From assembly GCA_026129485.1 (NCBI GenBank), contig JAHCHY010000014.1:15445-79444 (forward strand): a DNA stretch of 64,000 nt, read 5' to 3'. Below, piece after piece: positions 26,480-36,913 of the stretch. Position 1 is the first letter of the stretch, and each line of letters begins with the position of its first letter. Origin of the DNA: Cyclobacteriaceae bacterium (GTDB lineage: Bacteria; Bacteroidota; Bacteroidia; Cytophagales; Cyclobacteriaceae). Made by a program: the position numbers and the translations under genes. The notes beneath the pieces are model-generated. The model did not search any database and was not told where the DNA came from. It was given only the letters and a program-made list of their open reading frames with translations.

Positions 26480-27061
26480 ATGAAAACGCTTAGACCAGTA
26501 TCCCGTTTGCTCGTAGCCCTCGCTGCCTTAATGATGATAAGCGCTTATTATGTACCGCTATGGCAAATTTTGATGTGGGCGCCACAATACCCCGAAGGGT
26601 TGGCGATGAAGATATGGATCAATACCATTACCGGTGATGTGAAGGTGATCAGCGCGCTTAACCATTACATTGGCATGAAGCACATTGATGTAGAAATGTT
26701 CCCCGAGTTCGGATACATGATCTACATTGTAGGCTTTCTGATCGGGTTTGGATTAATAACAGCAGCGCTCAATCGCAGGTTTTTGTTGTGGATGTACAGT
26801 GTTCTACTGATTGCAACGGCAACGGCAGCATTGGTTGACTTCTGGTTATGGGGTTATGATTACGGCCACAACCTCGATCCTACGGCTGCCATTAATATTC
26901 CTGGTATGTCGTACCAGCCACCCCTTATCGGAACCAAGCAGTTATTAAACTTCACGGCTTTCTCGGGGCCGGATGTGGGCGGATGGATTTTTATTATATC
27001 GGGCATCCTGGTTTTGGGAACACTGGGCTTTGAATTATACACCTCTAAGAAAAGAGTATGA
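26480..27061 (+). CDS. nosB: NosB-like membrane protein of clade II nos clusters
   Basis: About 4 TM directly after nosZ. Motifs PLW.I...APQYPEGL, IN.LNHYIGM, YDYGHNLDP. Confidence 0.75.
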   Translation: MKTLRPVSRLLVALAALMMISAYYVPLWQILMWAPQYPEGLAMKIWINTITGDVKVISALNHYIGMKHIDVEMFPEFGYMIYIVGFLIGFGLITAALNRRFLLWMYSVLLIATATAALVDFWLWGYDYGHNLDPTAAINIPGMSYQPPLIGTKQLLNFTAFSGPDVGGWIFIISGILVLGTLGFELYTSKKRV

Positions 27062-27495
27062 GATTGAGATTATTCCTATTGAGCATATTGATTGGTGGAA
27101 TGATCGGGTGCACGGCCAAACCCGAACCATTGGTATTTGGCCGTGATGCCTGCTATACCTGCAAGATGACCTTAATGGACAGAAAGTTTGGTGCGGAGCT
27201 GGTAACGCAAAAAGGCAAGGTCTACAAGTTTGACGACCTGAACTGCATGCTGAGCTTTTACAATTCCGGGTATGAAGATGTTTCTGATTTTAAGTTTATA
27301 CAGGTGGTGGATTTTGCCAATCCTGAAATGCTGATTGATGCGCACCATGCATGGTACCTGAAGTCGGATAACATTCGCACACCTATGGCCAGCGAGGTGG
27401 CTGCTTTTGAGCAGGAAGAAGCCACCCGGCAGTATAAAAAAGAGTGGAGCGGCATATTAATGAGCTGGGGAGAAGTGCAAACCCAATTCAAATAA
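27058..27495 (+). CDS. nosL: NosL copper-chaperone lipoprotein
   Basis: Lipobox MIGC. Motifs C..CKMT, KFDDLNCM, TPM. Confidence 0.88.
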   Translation: MRLRLFLLSILIGGMIGCTAKPEPLVFGRDACYTCKMTLMDRKFGAELVTQKGKVYKFDDLNCMLSFYNSGYEDVSDFKFIQVVDFANPEMLIDAHHAWYLKSDNIRTPMASEVAAFEQEEATRQYKKEWSGILMSWGEVQTQFK

Positions 27496-27514
27496 TGCTT
27501 GTGCTTTTTTGAAG

Positions 27515-28750
27515 ATGAGAACAGGGTTTGTCATAGCAATTATAATCTCTTGCCTTTCGGCTAAGGCTGCTGTTATTCCGGTGGGCTTGCAGGAGCGGGT
27601 TACCCGTATTAAAGATGCGGTTGCATTGGCAAAACCGGGCGATACATTATTAATCCGTCCGGGTGTGTACCGTGAAGGGAACATCATTCTGCAAAAGTCG
27701 CTGGTAATTTTGGGCGAAAGCTATCCCGTGCTGGATGGCGAAAATCAATATGAAATTTTCACCATTCATGCAGACGGGGTTGTTATTCAGGGTTTGAAGT
27801 TTATCAATACAGGTGTTGCCAGCATAAACGATCTGGCCGCTATCAAGCTGCTGGAGTCGAGCCGGGTTCGTATTCTGCAGAATAAGTTTGATAATACTTT
27901 TTTTGGAATCTACCTCGCTAATTCAAATCATGTGTGGATTGAAGAAAATCAATTACAGGCCGAAGCGGAAGCTGAGCACCAGATCGGTAACGGTATTCAC
28001 CTCTGGAAATGCGATCATATTACCATCCACAACAACCGCGTGGAGGGCCACCGCGATGGAATTTATTTTGAGTTTGTTACCAGCTCGTTAATTACCCATA
28101 ATCACAGCGAGGGCAATATGCGTTATGGATTGCATTTCATGTTCTCGCATAAAAATGAATACCGCAACAATACATTTAAGGATAACGGGGCAGGCGTGGC
28201 CGTTATGTACACCCGAGAAGTTACGATGGTGAACAATTCGTTCATTCATAACTGGGGACCATCCGCGTATGGCTTGTTGCTGAAAGATATACGCGACAGC
28301 TTTATTACAGGCAATTCCTTTGCAGAAAACTCTGTTGGAATATTCATGGAAGGGAGCAGCCGGAATAAAATTCAGCACAACCGGTTTAATCAGAACGGCT
28401 ATGCGCTGAAGTTACAGGCCAGTTGCGATGACAACGAAATCATTCAAAATAACTTTCAGCAAAACACGTTCGACCTCGTAACCAATGGCAGTCTCGTATT
28501 GAATAAGATCGAAGCCAATTACTGGGATCGGTATGAGGGCTATGATCTCAATAAAGATAAGACCGGAGATGTACCGTACCGGCCCATCAGCATGTATGGT
28601 ACTATTGTAGAGCGAATGCCCCAGGCTATTTTACTCTGGCGCAGCTTCCTCGTGCTTTTGTTAGACCGGGCCGAGAAAGCCATTCCGGTGCTTACACCCG
28701 AAAACTTAATAGACCCGTTACCCGCTATGCGACCGTATGATTTTAATTGA
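27515..28750 (+). CDS. nosD: Nitrous oxide reductase maturation protein NosD
   Basis: Parallel beta-helix repeats, RDGIYFEF, RYGLHFMFS, NYWD.Y.GYDL..D..GD.PY. ATG at 27515. Confidence 0.93.
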   Translation: MRTGFVIAIIISCLSAKAAVIPVGLQERVTRIKDAVALAKPGDTLLIRPGVYREGNIILQKSLVILGESYPVLDGENQYEIFTIHADGVVIQGLKFINTGVASINDLAAIKLLESSRVRILQNKFDNTFFGIYLANSNHVWIEENQLQAEAEAEHQIGNGIHLWKCDHITIHNNRVEGHRDGIYFEFVTSSLITHNHSEGNMRYGLHFMFSHKNEYRNNTFKDNGAGVAVMYTREVTMVNNSFIHNWGPSAYGLLLKDIRDSFITGNSFAENSVGIFMEGSSRNKIQHNRFNQNGYALKLQASCDDNEIIQNNFQQNTFDLVTNGSLVLNKIEANYWDRYEGYDLNKDKTGDVPYRPISMYGTIVERMPQAILLWRSFLVLLLDRAEKAIPVLTPENLIDPLPAMRPYDFN

Positions 28751-29474
28751 TAAAATATCCAAGAATTTCGGATCGCTTTCTGCGCTCAACGAGGTTTCGC
28801 TGGAATTAAAAGGCGGAAAAAGCTATGCGCTTATCGGCCCCAACGGATCGGGCAAGACTACTTTAATTAAAAGTATCCTCGGGCTTGTAGTGCCCACTTC
28901 AGGCAATATTCAATTTGAAGGCAAGAGTATTTTTAATGACTGGAAATACCGCGAGAAGATCGGCTACATGCCGCAGATCGGGCGCTACCCGGAGAATATG
29001 CGTGTGGGTCAGCTTTTCGAGATGATGAAGCACATCCGCAAGGATAAGATCAAAACTGATGAAGAGCTGATGGATGCCTTTAAGCTGTACAAGATATTCG
29101 ACAAGCGGATGCATGCGCTATCGGGCGGCACCCGGCAAAAGGTAAGCGCCTCGCTGGCTTTCCTGTTTCATGCGCCTGTGCTGATCCTCGATGAACCGAC
29201 TGCCGGGCTCGACCCTGTTTCAGTAGAAATCCTGAAAGAAAAAATCATTCGCGAAAAGCGTATGGGAAAGCTGTTGATCATCACCTCCCACATTCTGAAC
29301 GACCTGGATGAAATTGCAACCGAAGCCGTGTATTTGTTTGAAGGGCGGGTTCAATACGATAAGTCTATCGCGGCATTGAAGGGAGAAACCGGTGAATCTA
29401 AATTAAACAGGGCGATCGCTACGCTGATACGGCAACGCGAGCTGCTGGAATCAGTAACCGATGTAGAGCCATGA
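28737..29474 (+). CDS. nosF: ABC ATPase NosF
   Basis: Motifs GPNGSGKTT, LSGG, ILDEPTAGLD; lies between nosD and nosY. Confidence 0.88.
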   Translation: MILIDKISKNFGSLSALNEVSLELKGGKSYALIGPNGSGKTTLIKSILGLVVPTSGNIQFEGKSIFNDWKYREKIGYMPQIGRYPENMRVGQLFEMMKHIRKDKIKTDEELMDAFKLYKIFDKRMHALSGGTRQKVSASLAFLFHAPVLILDEPTAGLDPVSVEILKEKIIREKRMGKLLIITSHILNDLDEIATEAVYLFEGRVQYDKSIAALKGETGESKLNRAIATLIRQRELLESVTDVEP

Positions 29475-30238
29475 CCCGCATCATTAAATATGTGTTCTAC
29501 GATATACTGCGCACGCGGTTTATCATTTTTTATACGGCTTTCCTGCTGGTGTGCACGTTTGCGTTCTTCCAGCTGGACGGTGATTTTGGAAAAGTGGTGC
29601 TAAGCCTGATGAATGTAGTGCTGATGGCTGTGCCTTTGGTATGTGTGGTTTTCTCCACCATACATTTTTTTAACTCGTATGAATTTATTGAGCTGATGCT
29701 GGCGCAACCCGTTAACCGCAGGGTAATATTCTTAAGCGAGTACATAGCCGTAGCATCCTCGCTTTGCCTGGCCTACGTGGTGGGAGTGGGCTTTCCTTTT
29801 ATAATCTATGGCGCTTGGCAACCTGTTTCCACATTATTGATAACCGGCATTTTTCTTACGCTGGTGTTTGTATCGCTTGCATTCTTCTCTTCCGTTCTGA
29901 CACGCGATAAAGCCAAAGCCATTGGTATTGCCTTGTTGTTCTGGTTTTACTTTTCACTGATCTATGATGGCATCCTGCTGTGGGTGATCTATACCTTCAG
30001 CGATTACCCCTTGGAAAAGCTGACCGTAACCTTGATCGCCTTTAACCCGGTTGACCTGGCCCGTATTATTATGCTGCTTCAGTTGGATATTGCTGCGCTG
30101 ATGGGCTACACCGGTGCTTTTTATAAAGACTTTTTTGGAAGCAGCCTCGGGATCGTGTTTTCCATTTCGTTGCTGATGTTGTGGGTGCTGTGGCCGGTCA
30201 TATTCTCGATGCGCATTTTTTCAAAAAAGGATTTATGA
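29471..30238 (+). CDS. nosY: ABC permease NosY
   Basis: About 6 TM with L.AQP..R and NPVDLAR motifs; ATGA-coupled to nosF. Confidence 0.85.
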   Translation: MTRIIKYVFYDILRTRFIIFYTAFLLVCTFAFFQLDGDFGKVVLSLMNVVLMAVPLVCVVFSTIHFFNSYEFIELMLAQPVNRRVIFLSEYIAVASSLCLAYVVGVGFPFIIYGAWQPVSTLLITGIFLTLVFVSLAFFSSVLTRDKAKAIGIALLFWFYFSLIYDGILLWVIYTFSDYPLEKLTVTLIAFNPVDLARIIMLLQLDIAALMGYTGAFYKDFFGSSLGIVFSISLLMLWVLWPVIFSMRIFSKKDL

Positions 30239-30669
30239 AGTGGCTGATCTTGCTGCACGTATTAGGTGCATCGGTTTGGGTAGGAGGCCACCTGGTGCTT
30301 TCGCTTGGTTTTTTGCCGCGCGCCTTACAAACAAAAGATGTGAACGTGATCACTTCGTTCGAAAAAGGTTTTGAACGAATAGGTATACCGGCTTTGCTGG
30401 TGCAGGTTATAACCGGGCTATGGATGGCGGGTAAGTATATTCCGCCCGCGCAATGGTTTAGCCTCGCCTCGGTGCATCATCAATACCTCTGGATAAAGCT
30501 TGGCCTGCTGACGGGCACAATAATGCTGGCCATACATGCACGATTCTTCATTATTCCAAAATTGTCTGAAGAGAATCTTCCGGCTATGGCATTTCATATT
30601 GTATTGGTAACCGTGCTGGCCGTGGGGTTGGTGCTTACCGGGTTAAGCTTTAGGTACATCTATTTTTAG
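30235..30669 (+). CDS. CopD-family copper-handling membrane protein
   Basis: Start at ATG 30235, overlapping the nosY stop. LHVLGASVWVGG motif, 4 TM, conserved His residues. Confidence 0.7.
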   Translation: MKWLILLHVLGASVWVGGHLVLSLGFLPRALQTKDVNVITSFEKGFERIGIPALLVQVITGLWMAGKYIPPAQWFSLASVHHQYLWIKLGLLTGTIMLAIHARFFIIPKLSEENLPAMAFHIVLVTVLAVGLVLTGLSFRYIYF

Positions 30670-31030
30670 CCACGTATCCGGGCACAAAGTATAGCTATAA
30701 TCTTATACGTATTGGTTACACTTTATGAACCATGCGCTGTAAATACAGCGTTGTAATTAGCCAGTTTTTTGAGCTGCATAAGGCCATGCCAGTTACAGTT
30801 TGGGTTATTCCCGATCTTAAAATCATGTAAATGAGAATACTAACCAATGCGAATGGCGGTATTTCTAACCGGGCTGTTGTTTAAATTAATTCTAAATAAG
30901 ATTTAGCTTGATTTTCACAGGCAGACCTAAGTCAAAAGCTGATTCAAAGATGCTGTGCGCTACCTGAAAACAAGGGTGTGATACGTGTTCTATCTCACTT
31001 CAAAATTATTGTGCCACTCACTAAAATTAA

Positions 31031-31061
31031 TTTGAAATGAGGCATTTGGCATGTAGATTTG
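31031..31061 (+). promoter_or_regulatory. Bacteroidota primary-sigma promoter of the act-cox operon
   Basis: TTTG (31031-31034), a 19-nt spacer, then TAGATTTG (31054-31061): an exact -33/-7 consensus. Confidence 0.8.
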
Positions 31062-31102
31062 TGCGATTCCGTAAAAAAGCGGATATCTCTAAACGTGCCA
31101 CG

Positions 31103-32356
31103 ATGAAGAAAAGATTATCTCGTCCCGTTACGATCCTCACTTTCGCGCTCATTTTATTATTCAATCTTTCATCTTTTGCTCAAACTATCCCAACCGAACC
31201 TGAGGCCATCAGTGCAGGCGAGGCGTTGTTCAATGGCAATTGCAAATCCTGCCACCGTGTAAAGCAGAAGCTGGTAGGTCCTGCGCTGGCAGGGGTTGAA
31301 GATCGCGCTCCTTCCGTAAAATGGATTATTGATTGGGTACGAAACCCGGCCAAGGTTATTGCCAGTGGCGATGATTACGCGGTAAAGATTTATGAAGAGT
31401 ATAATAAAAGCCAGATGACGGCTTTTACCAGCTACACCGATGAGCAAATCCTGAGCATACTGGCGTATGTAAAAGCCGATGCGGCTAAAGTTGATCAACC
31501 TAAGGGAGATAATGGGGGTGAGAAACCTGAAACACCAGGTGTTCCTACCGGTTACCTGAATGCTATCCTCATCGGGCTGGTGGTAATATTAGTATTGCTG
31601 CTGATCATCCTCGGCCTTATCATCAACGCGCTTAAAAAATATCTTGATCAAAGGGATTTAAGTGAAGAAGACAAGGAGGTCGTTCACTCTAAATATACAA
31701 TCAACTCATTTGTTAAGAGCTCCGGCTTTATATTTATCGTCATATTCCTGGTGGCATCCGTTACATTTAAGAACGTAATCGATGGTCTTTACACCATTGG
31801 TATTCAGCAAAACTATCAGCCCCGGCAGCCGATTGCCTTCTCGCATAAAATTCATGCAGGCGAGTATGAGATTGAATGCCGCTATTGCCATACCGGTGCA
31901 TTAAAAGGTAAGCAAGCCAACATTCCTTCAGCCAATATCTGTATGAACTGCCACTCGCAGATTCGCGAGGGTACCAACACCGGCACAACTGAGATCAGCA
32001 AGATATACGCAGCCATCGGGTATGATCCCGCCACAGGATCTTATACCGGAAAGCAGAAGCCGATTGAATGGGTGCGTATCCACAACCTGCCTGATCTGGC
32101 TTACTTCAATCATGCCCAGCATAATAATGTGGGCGGCATCCAGTGCCAGACCTGCCACGGCCCGATTGAAGAAATGGATGTAGTGAAGCAATATTCATTG
32201 TTAACGATGGGCTGGTGCATTGACTGCCATCGCAAAACAGATGTGAACACGAAAGGCAATGAGTATTACGACAAGCTGCTGGAGCTGCACAACAGCAAGA
32301 AGTCTTTGAAAGTGGAAGATATTGGTGGTTTGGAATGTGCCAAGTGCCATTATTAA
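31103..32356 (+). CDS. actA: Alternative complex III subunit ActA (six-heme cytochrome c)
   Basis: Six CxxCH motifs (CKSCH, CRYCH, CMNCH, CQTCH, CIDCH, CAKCH). Start moved to 31103, downstream of the promoter. Confidence 0.9.
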   Translation: MKKRLSRPVTILTFALILLFNLSSFAQTIPTEPEAISAGEALFNGNCKSCHRVKQKLVGPALAGVEDRAPSVKWIIDWVRNPAKVIASGDDYAVKIYEEYNKSQMTAFTSYTDEQILSILAYVKADAAKVDQPKGDNGGEKPETPGVPTGYLNAILIGLVVILVLLLIILGLIINALKKYLDQRDLSEEDKEVVHSKYTINSFVKSSGFIFIVIFLVASVTFKNVIDGLYTIGIQQNYQPRQPIAFSHKIHAGEYEIECRYCHTGALKGKQANIPSANICMNCHSQIREGTNTGTTEISKIYAAIGYDPATGSYTGKQKPIEWVRIHNLPDLAYFNHAQHNNVGGIQCQTCHGPIEEMDVVKQYSLLTMGWCIDCHRKTDVNTKGNEYYDKLLELHNSKKSLKVEDIGGLECAKCHY

Positions 32357-32394
32357 AATATAAATAATCGAACTCGACCGGATTTTTTGAATAT

Positions 32395-35300
32395 ATGACT
32401 ACAAAAACATACTGGAAAGGATTAGCCCAACTGAAAAACGACCCCAAGTTTGTAAAGCATGCAGACAAGGAGTTTGTTGATCTTGCCGTAGAGGAAGATG
32501 CGGGGCATTCGCGCAGGGATTTTCTTAAGATGATGGGCTTTAGTGTAGCGGCCGCTTCATTGGCGGCTTGCGAGGCTCCTATCCGTAAAGCAATTCCTTA
32601 TGTGGCCAAGCCTGTTGATGCTGATCCCGGAATATCCAACTATTACGCCAGCACCTATATTAATGGTGGCGATTATTGCAGCATTGTAGTTAAGGTAAGG
32701 GATGGCCGCCCGATTAAAATAGATGGTAACAGCCTTTCAAAAGTTACCCTGGGCGGAACAAGCGCACAAGTTGAAGCTTCGGTGCTTTCGCTATACGATA
32801 ACTACAGGCTTCGCGGCCCGCGTGCAGGAGAGAAGAGCGCTGATTGGGAAACCATCGATAATGAAGTAATTGCCAAACTGGGTGAAATCTCGGCTAAAGG
32901 TGGTCAGATCAGGATTGTAAGCAATACCATTCTGAGCCCAAGCACCAAGGCAGCTATTGACAAGTTTGTGGCCAAATATCCAACCACTAAAGTGGTGCAA
33001 TATGACCCGGTTTCTTATTACGGAATTGTAAAAGCAAACCAGGAATCATTGGGTGCAGCCATTATTCCGTCTTACGATTTCAGTAAAGCCAAAGTAATTG
33101 TAAGCATCGGTGCCGATTTCCTCGGCTCGTGGTTATCGCCAATTGAGTTTACCAAGCAGTTTGCTGCCAATCGCGAGATCACTCCCGATAAAAAGGAAAT
33201 GTCGCGCTTATATACATTTGAATCAAACCTGTCGTTAACGGGTGCAAATTCAGATTATCGTACAGCCATCAAACCTTCGCAGGAAGGATTGGTGGTAGCA
33301 CAGCTTTATAAGCTGATTTCAGGTAGCGGCTCAACCGGCATAGAAGGTATTCAGTACCTCGAAAAAGTTGCTGCCGAGCTAAAAGCCAATGCGGGCAAAG
33401 CGCTGGTGGTTAGCGGATCGAACGACAAATCCGTCCAGGTTGTAGTAAATGCGATCAATAATTTATTAGGTAGCTATGGTGCTACCATCAATACCGCTGC
33501 CCCGGTTAAGTTCCGCCAGGGTAATGATGAGGAGATGGCCGCTTTTGTAAGCGAGGTAACATCCGGTAAAATTGATGGCGTAATCTTCTACAACTGTAAC
33601 CCGGTTTATGATTATGCCAAAGGTGAAGAGCTGGAAAAAGCATTGAAAGGTTTAACGCTTTCGGTTTCCACGTCAGCCACGCCAGACGAAACAGCTTCTT
33701 CAACAGCATATATCGCTCCCGATCATCATTACCTGGAATCCTGGAACGATGCAGAGCCGAAGCTGAATTCATTCAGTCTTTCTCAACCGGCCATTACACC
33801 TATTTTCAAGACCCGCCAGGTGCAGGAAAGCTTGCTGGTGTGGGCGGGTGAAGCCGATACGGACTATTTTTCATTTGTGCAGCAGTACTGGAAAAATCGT
33901 TTCTTTTCCGGTACCGACTTCCAGGGCTTCTGGGATAAGTGCTTGTACGATGGCGTATTCGAAATTCCAGGTAGCGGAACAGCCTATTCATTCAATGGAA
34001 ATGTAGAAGCCGCGTTGTCTGCCATTGCTTCAACCTATAAAGCTTCCAATTCAGGTTTTGAATTGGTGATCCAGGAAAGCTACGGAGTAGGGAATGGCTC
34101 GCAGGCTAACAACCCGTTGTTGCAGGAACTGCCTGATCCGATCACAAAAGCTACGTGGGATCATTATGTAACGCTTTCGTTGAAAGATGCCGAGGCGCTT
34201 GGTATTGAAAATGATGCCGAGGGCAGAACGCAAAAAGTAAAGCTTACAGCCAATGGTAAAACGGTAACAGTAGCAGCTTTGGTTCAACCCGGCCAGGCAC
34301 AAGGCACCTTGGGCATTGCCTTGGGGTATGGTCGTACTAAAGTCGGATTGGTAGGAAAAGATATTGGTGCAAATGTATACCCGCTGCTTGCCCTTGGTGA
34401 AACAGTAGGGTACAGCATTACATCGGACGTAAAAATTGAGAAAACCGATGAGGATTTCCAGATTGCACAAACCCAGATTCACCAGACGTACATGGGCCGT
34501 GCAAACGTAGTGCAGGAATCCTTGTTAACGGACTACTTAGCCAATCCGCAGGAGTGGAATAACAAAGCGCCTAAGGTTACCTCGTGGGATAAGAAAGTGC
34601 CGCCCGGTTCCCTGAGCTTGTGGAAGGGTCATGATTATAAGAATCACCATTGGGGTATGGCCATCGACCTGAATACCTGTACGGGTTGCGGCTCCTGTGT
34701 GGTAGCCTGTAATGTAGAAAACAATGTGGCGCTGGTAGGTAAGCAGGAAGTGATCAACCGCAGGGAAATGCATTGGCTGCGTATCGATCGCTACTATACT
34801 TCTGATGCCGAGATTGATGATTATCGTGGAATGGAAAAAGCTGCCGAAAACCCGGAGGTAGTATTTCAGCCGATGATGTGCCAGCATTGTAACAACGCAC
34901 CCTGCGAAACAGTGTGCCCGGTGGCTGCCACCACGCACAGCACGGAAGGCCTTAACCAGATGACGTATAACCGTTGTATCGGTACACGGTATTGTGCCAA
35001 CAACTGTCCTTATAAAGTAAGACGCTTCAACTGGTTCAAATACCACGATAACCAGAAGTTTTTGCAGGCTAACCCTGCCATGAACACAGACCTGGGCCGC
35101 ATGGTGTTGAATCCCGATGTTACGGTACGTTCACGCGGTGTAATGGAAAAATGTTCTTTCTGCGTGCAGCGCATTCAATCCGGTAAGCTTAATGCCAAGA
35201 AAGAGAGAAGGCCATTGAAGGATGGTGAAGTGGTAACGGCTTGCCAGGCGGCCTGCTCTACCGGGGCCATCCTGTTTGGCGATATGAACGACCCTGAAAG

Positions 35301-35505
35301 CAAAATCAGCAAGCTGCTGGGCATCGAAACCCAATACAAAGAGGTTGAGATTGATGGTAAGAAACAGCAGGTAGTGGATTACGGGTTCGATAAGAAAGTA
35401 ACGAATCCGCGTGCTTACAGAATGCTGGAAGAAATAGGGGTGAAGCCGAATATTTTCTACCTCACCAAAATCCGCAATAAGGATAAGGAATCTAAGAACG
35501 CATAA
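32395..35505 (+). CDS. actB: Alternative complex III subunit ActB (molybdopterin-oxidoreductase-like plus Fe-S domain)
   Basis: TAT-like SRRDFLK. Fe-S motifs CTGCGSCVVAC, CQHCNNAPC..VC, CIGTRYCANNC, CSFC. Confidence 0.93.
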   Translation: MTTKTYWKGLAQLKNDPKFVKHADKEFVDLAVEEDAGHSRRDFLKMMGFSVAAASLAACEAPIRKAIPYVAKPVDADPGISNYYASTYINGGDYCSIVVKVRDGRPIKIDGNSLSKVTLGGTSAQVEASVLSLYDNYRLRGPRAGEKSADWETIDNEVIAKLGEISAKGGQIRIVSNTILSPSTKAAIDKFVAKYPTTKVVQYDPVSYYGIVKANQESLGAAIIPSYDFSKAKVIVSIGADFLGSWLSPIEFTKQFAANREITPDKKEMSRLYTFESNLSLTGANSDYRTAIKPSQEGLVVAQLYKLISGSGSTGIEGIQYLEKVAAELKANAGKALVVSGSNDKSVQVVVNAINNLLGSYGATINTAAPVKFRQGNDEEMAAFVSEVTSGKIDGVIFYNCNPVYDYAKGEELEKALKGLTLSVSTSATPDETASSTAYIAPDHHYLESWNDAEPKLNSFSLSQPAITPIFKTRQVQESLLVWAGEADTDYFSFVQQYWKNRFFSGTDFQGFWDKCLYDGVFEIPGSGTAYSFNGNVEAALSAIASTYKASNSGFELVIQESYGVGNGSQANNPLLQELPDPITKATWDHYVTLSLKDAEALGIENDAEGRTQKVKLTANGKTVTVAALVQPGQAQGTLGIALGYGRTKVGLVGKDIGANVYPLLALGETVGYSITSDVKIEKTDEDFQIAQTQIHQTYMGRANVVQESLLTDYLANPQEWNNKAPKVTSWDKKVPPGSLSLWKGHDYKNHHWGMAIDLNTCTGCGSCVVACNVENNVALVGKQEVINRREMHWLRIDRYYTSDAEIDDYRGMEKAAENPEVVFQPMMCQHCNNAPCETVCPVAATTHSTEGLNQMTYNRCIGTRYCANNCPYKVRRFNWFKYHDNQKFLQANPAMNTDLGRMVLNPDVTVRSRGVMEKCSFCVQRIQSGKLNAKKERRPLKDGEVVTACQAACSTGAILFGDMNDPESKISKLLGIETQYKEVEIDGKKQQVVDYGFDKKVTNPRAYRMLEEIGVKPNIFYLTKIRNKDKESKNA

Positions 35506-35538
35506 ACTATTTGAACAGGAACTGATACGAACTAAAGT

Positions 35539-36912
35539 ATGCAAGCAACTTCATCAGTACGTGAATCATTAATTACGGGCGGTAAAACGGTCCGCGATGT
35601 ATCGGAAGATATCAGCAGGCACGTGGAGAACAAGCCAACCACCTTATGGTGGATAGCTATGGGCATATCGCTTATTCTTTTTGCGTTTGGCTTTTACTGC
35701 CTGGCTGCCTTGCTGTGGGAAGGCATAGGCGTGTGGGGATTGAACAAAACAGTAGGCTGGGCCTGGGATATCACCAACTTCGTATGGTGGGTGGGTATCG
35801 GTCACGCAGGTACGCTTATTTCGGCCATCTTGTTGCTGTTCCGTCAGAAGTGGAGAATGTCCATTAACCGCGCAGCGGAAGCGATGACCATCTTTGCCGT
35901 TATCTGTGCGGCAACTTTCCCGCTGGCGCACATGGGCCGTTTGTGGTTAGGCTTCTATTGGGCGCTTCCGTTGCCCAATACCTGGGGTTCGCTTTGGGCA
36001 AACTTTAACTCACCGTTGCTGTGGGATGTGTTTGCGATCTCGACTTACTTTACCGTTTCATTAGTATTCTGGTACATCGGGCTGATCCCGGATTTTGCCG
36101 TGATCCGCGACCGCGCCACTCGCATGGGTAACAAGACCCGCGCGGCTATCTACAATGCGCTTAGCTTTGGATGGGATGGCGCAGCCAAAACCTGGATGCG
36201 TTACGAATCGGTAGCGCTTATTCTGGCGGGCCTGTCAACCCCGCTGGTGCTTTCTGTACACACCATCGTATCGTTCGACTTTGCAACTTCCGTAGTACCC
36301 GGATGGCATACCACCATCTTCCCGCCATACTTCGTGGCTGGCGCGATCTTCTCCGGTTTTGCAATGGTGCTTACCCTGTTGATTGTAACCCGCAAAGTGT
36401 TCAAGCTGGAAGACTACATTACGATTTACCACATCGAGCTGATGAACATTGTGATCATCATTACCGGTTCAATTGTGGGTATTGCCTACATCACTGAATT
36501 CTTTGTGGCCTGGTATGGTATGGTTCCGGCAGAATTCTATGCTTTCTACAACCGGGCAACAGGGCCGTACTGGTGGGCGTACTGGTCTATGATGACGTGT
36601 AACGTAATTTCTCCGCAGCTCTTCTGGTTCAAGAAGATCAGGACCAATATTGCAGCAACGTTTGTGCTGTCCATCATTGTAAATATCGGTATGTGGTTCG
36701 AGCGCTTCGTGATCATTGTTACCTCTATCCACCGCGATTATGTTCCGTCAAGCTGGTCGATGTTCTATCCAACCATGTACGATCTGGGTGAATACATCTT
36801 TACGTTCGGCTTGTTCTTTACAGCCTTCTTCCTGTTTGCCAAATTCTTCCCGGTTATCAATATGGCAGAGGTAAAAAGTATTATTAAATCATCTTCCGAA
36901 AAGAAGCATTAA
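35539..36912 (+). CDS. actC: Alternative complex III subunit ActC (NrfD/PsrC family)
   Basis: Motifs WDITNFVWWVGIGHAGT, SVHTIVSFDF, WHTTIFPPYF. Confidence 0.93.
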   Translation: MQATSSVRESLITGGKTVRDVSEDISRHVENKPTTLWWIAMGISLILFAFGFYCLAALLWEGIGVWGLNKTVGWAWDITNFVWWVGIGHAGTLISAILLLFRQKWRMSINRAAEAMTIFAVICAATFPLAHMGRLWLGFYWALPLPNTWGSLWANFNSPLLWDVFAISTYFTVSLVFWYIGLIPDFAVIRDRATRMGNKTRAAIYNALSFGWDGAAKTWMRYESVALILAGLSTPLVLSVHTIVSFDFATSVVPGWHTTIFPPYFVAGAIFSGFAMVLTLLIVTRKVFKLEDYITIYHIELMNIVIIITGSIVGIAYITEFFVAWYGMVPAEFYAFYNRATGPYWWAYWSMMTCNVISPQLFWFKKIRTNIAATFVLSIIVNIGMWFERFVIIVTSIHRDYVPSSWSMFYPTMYDLGEYIFTFGLFFTAFFLFAKFFPVINMAEVKSIIKSSSEKKH

Positions 36913-36913
36913 T

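Noticed and set aside
30813-30826. Second FNR-like site before the act operon (GAT-cttaaa-ATCA)
   Set aside because: The spacer is 6 nt rather than 4 and the left arm is incomplete.
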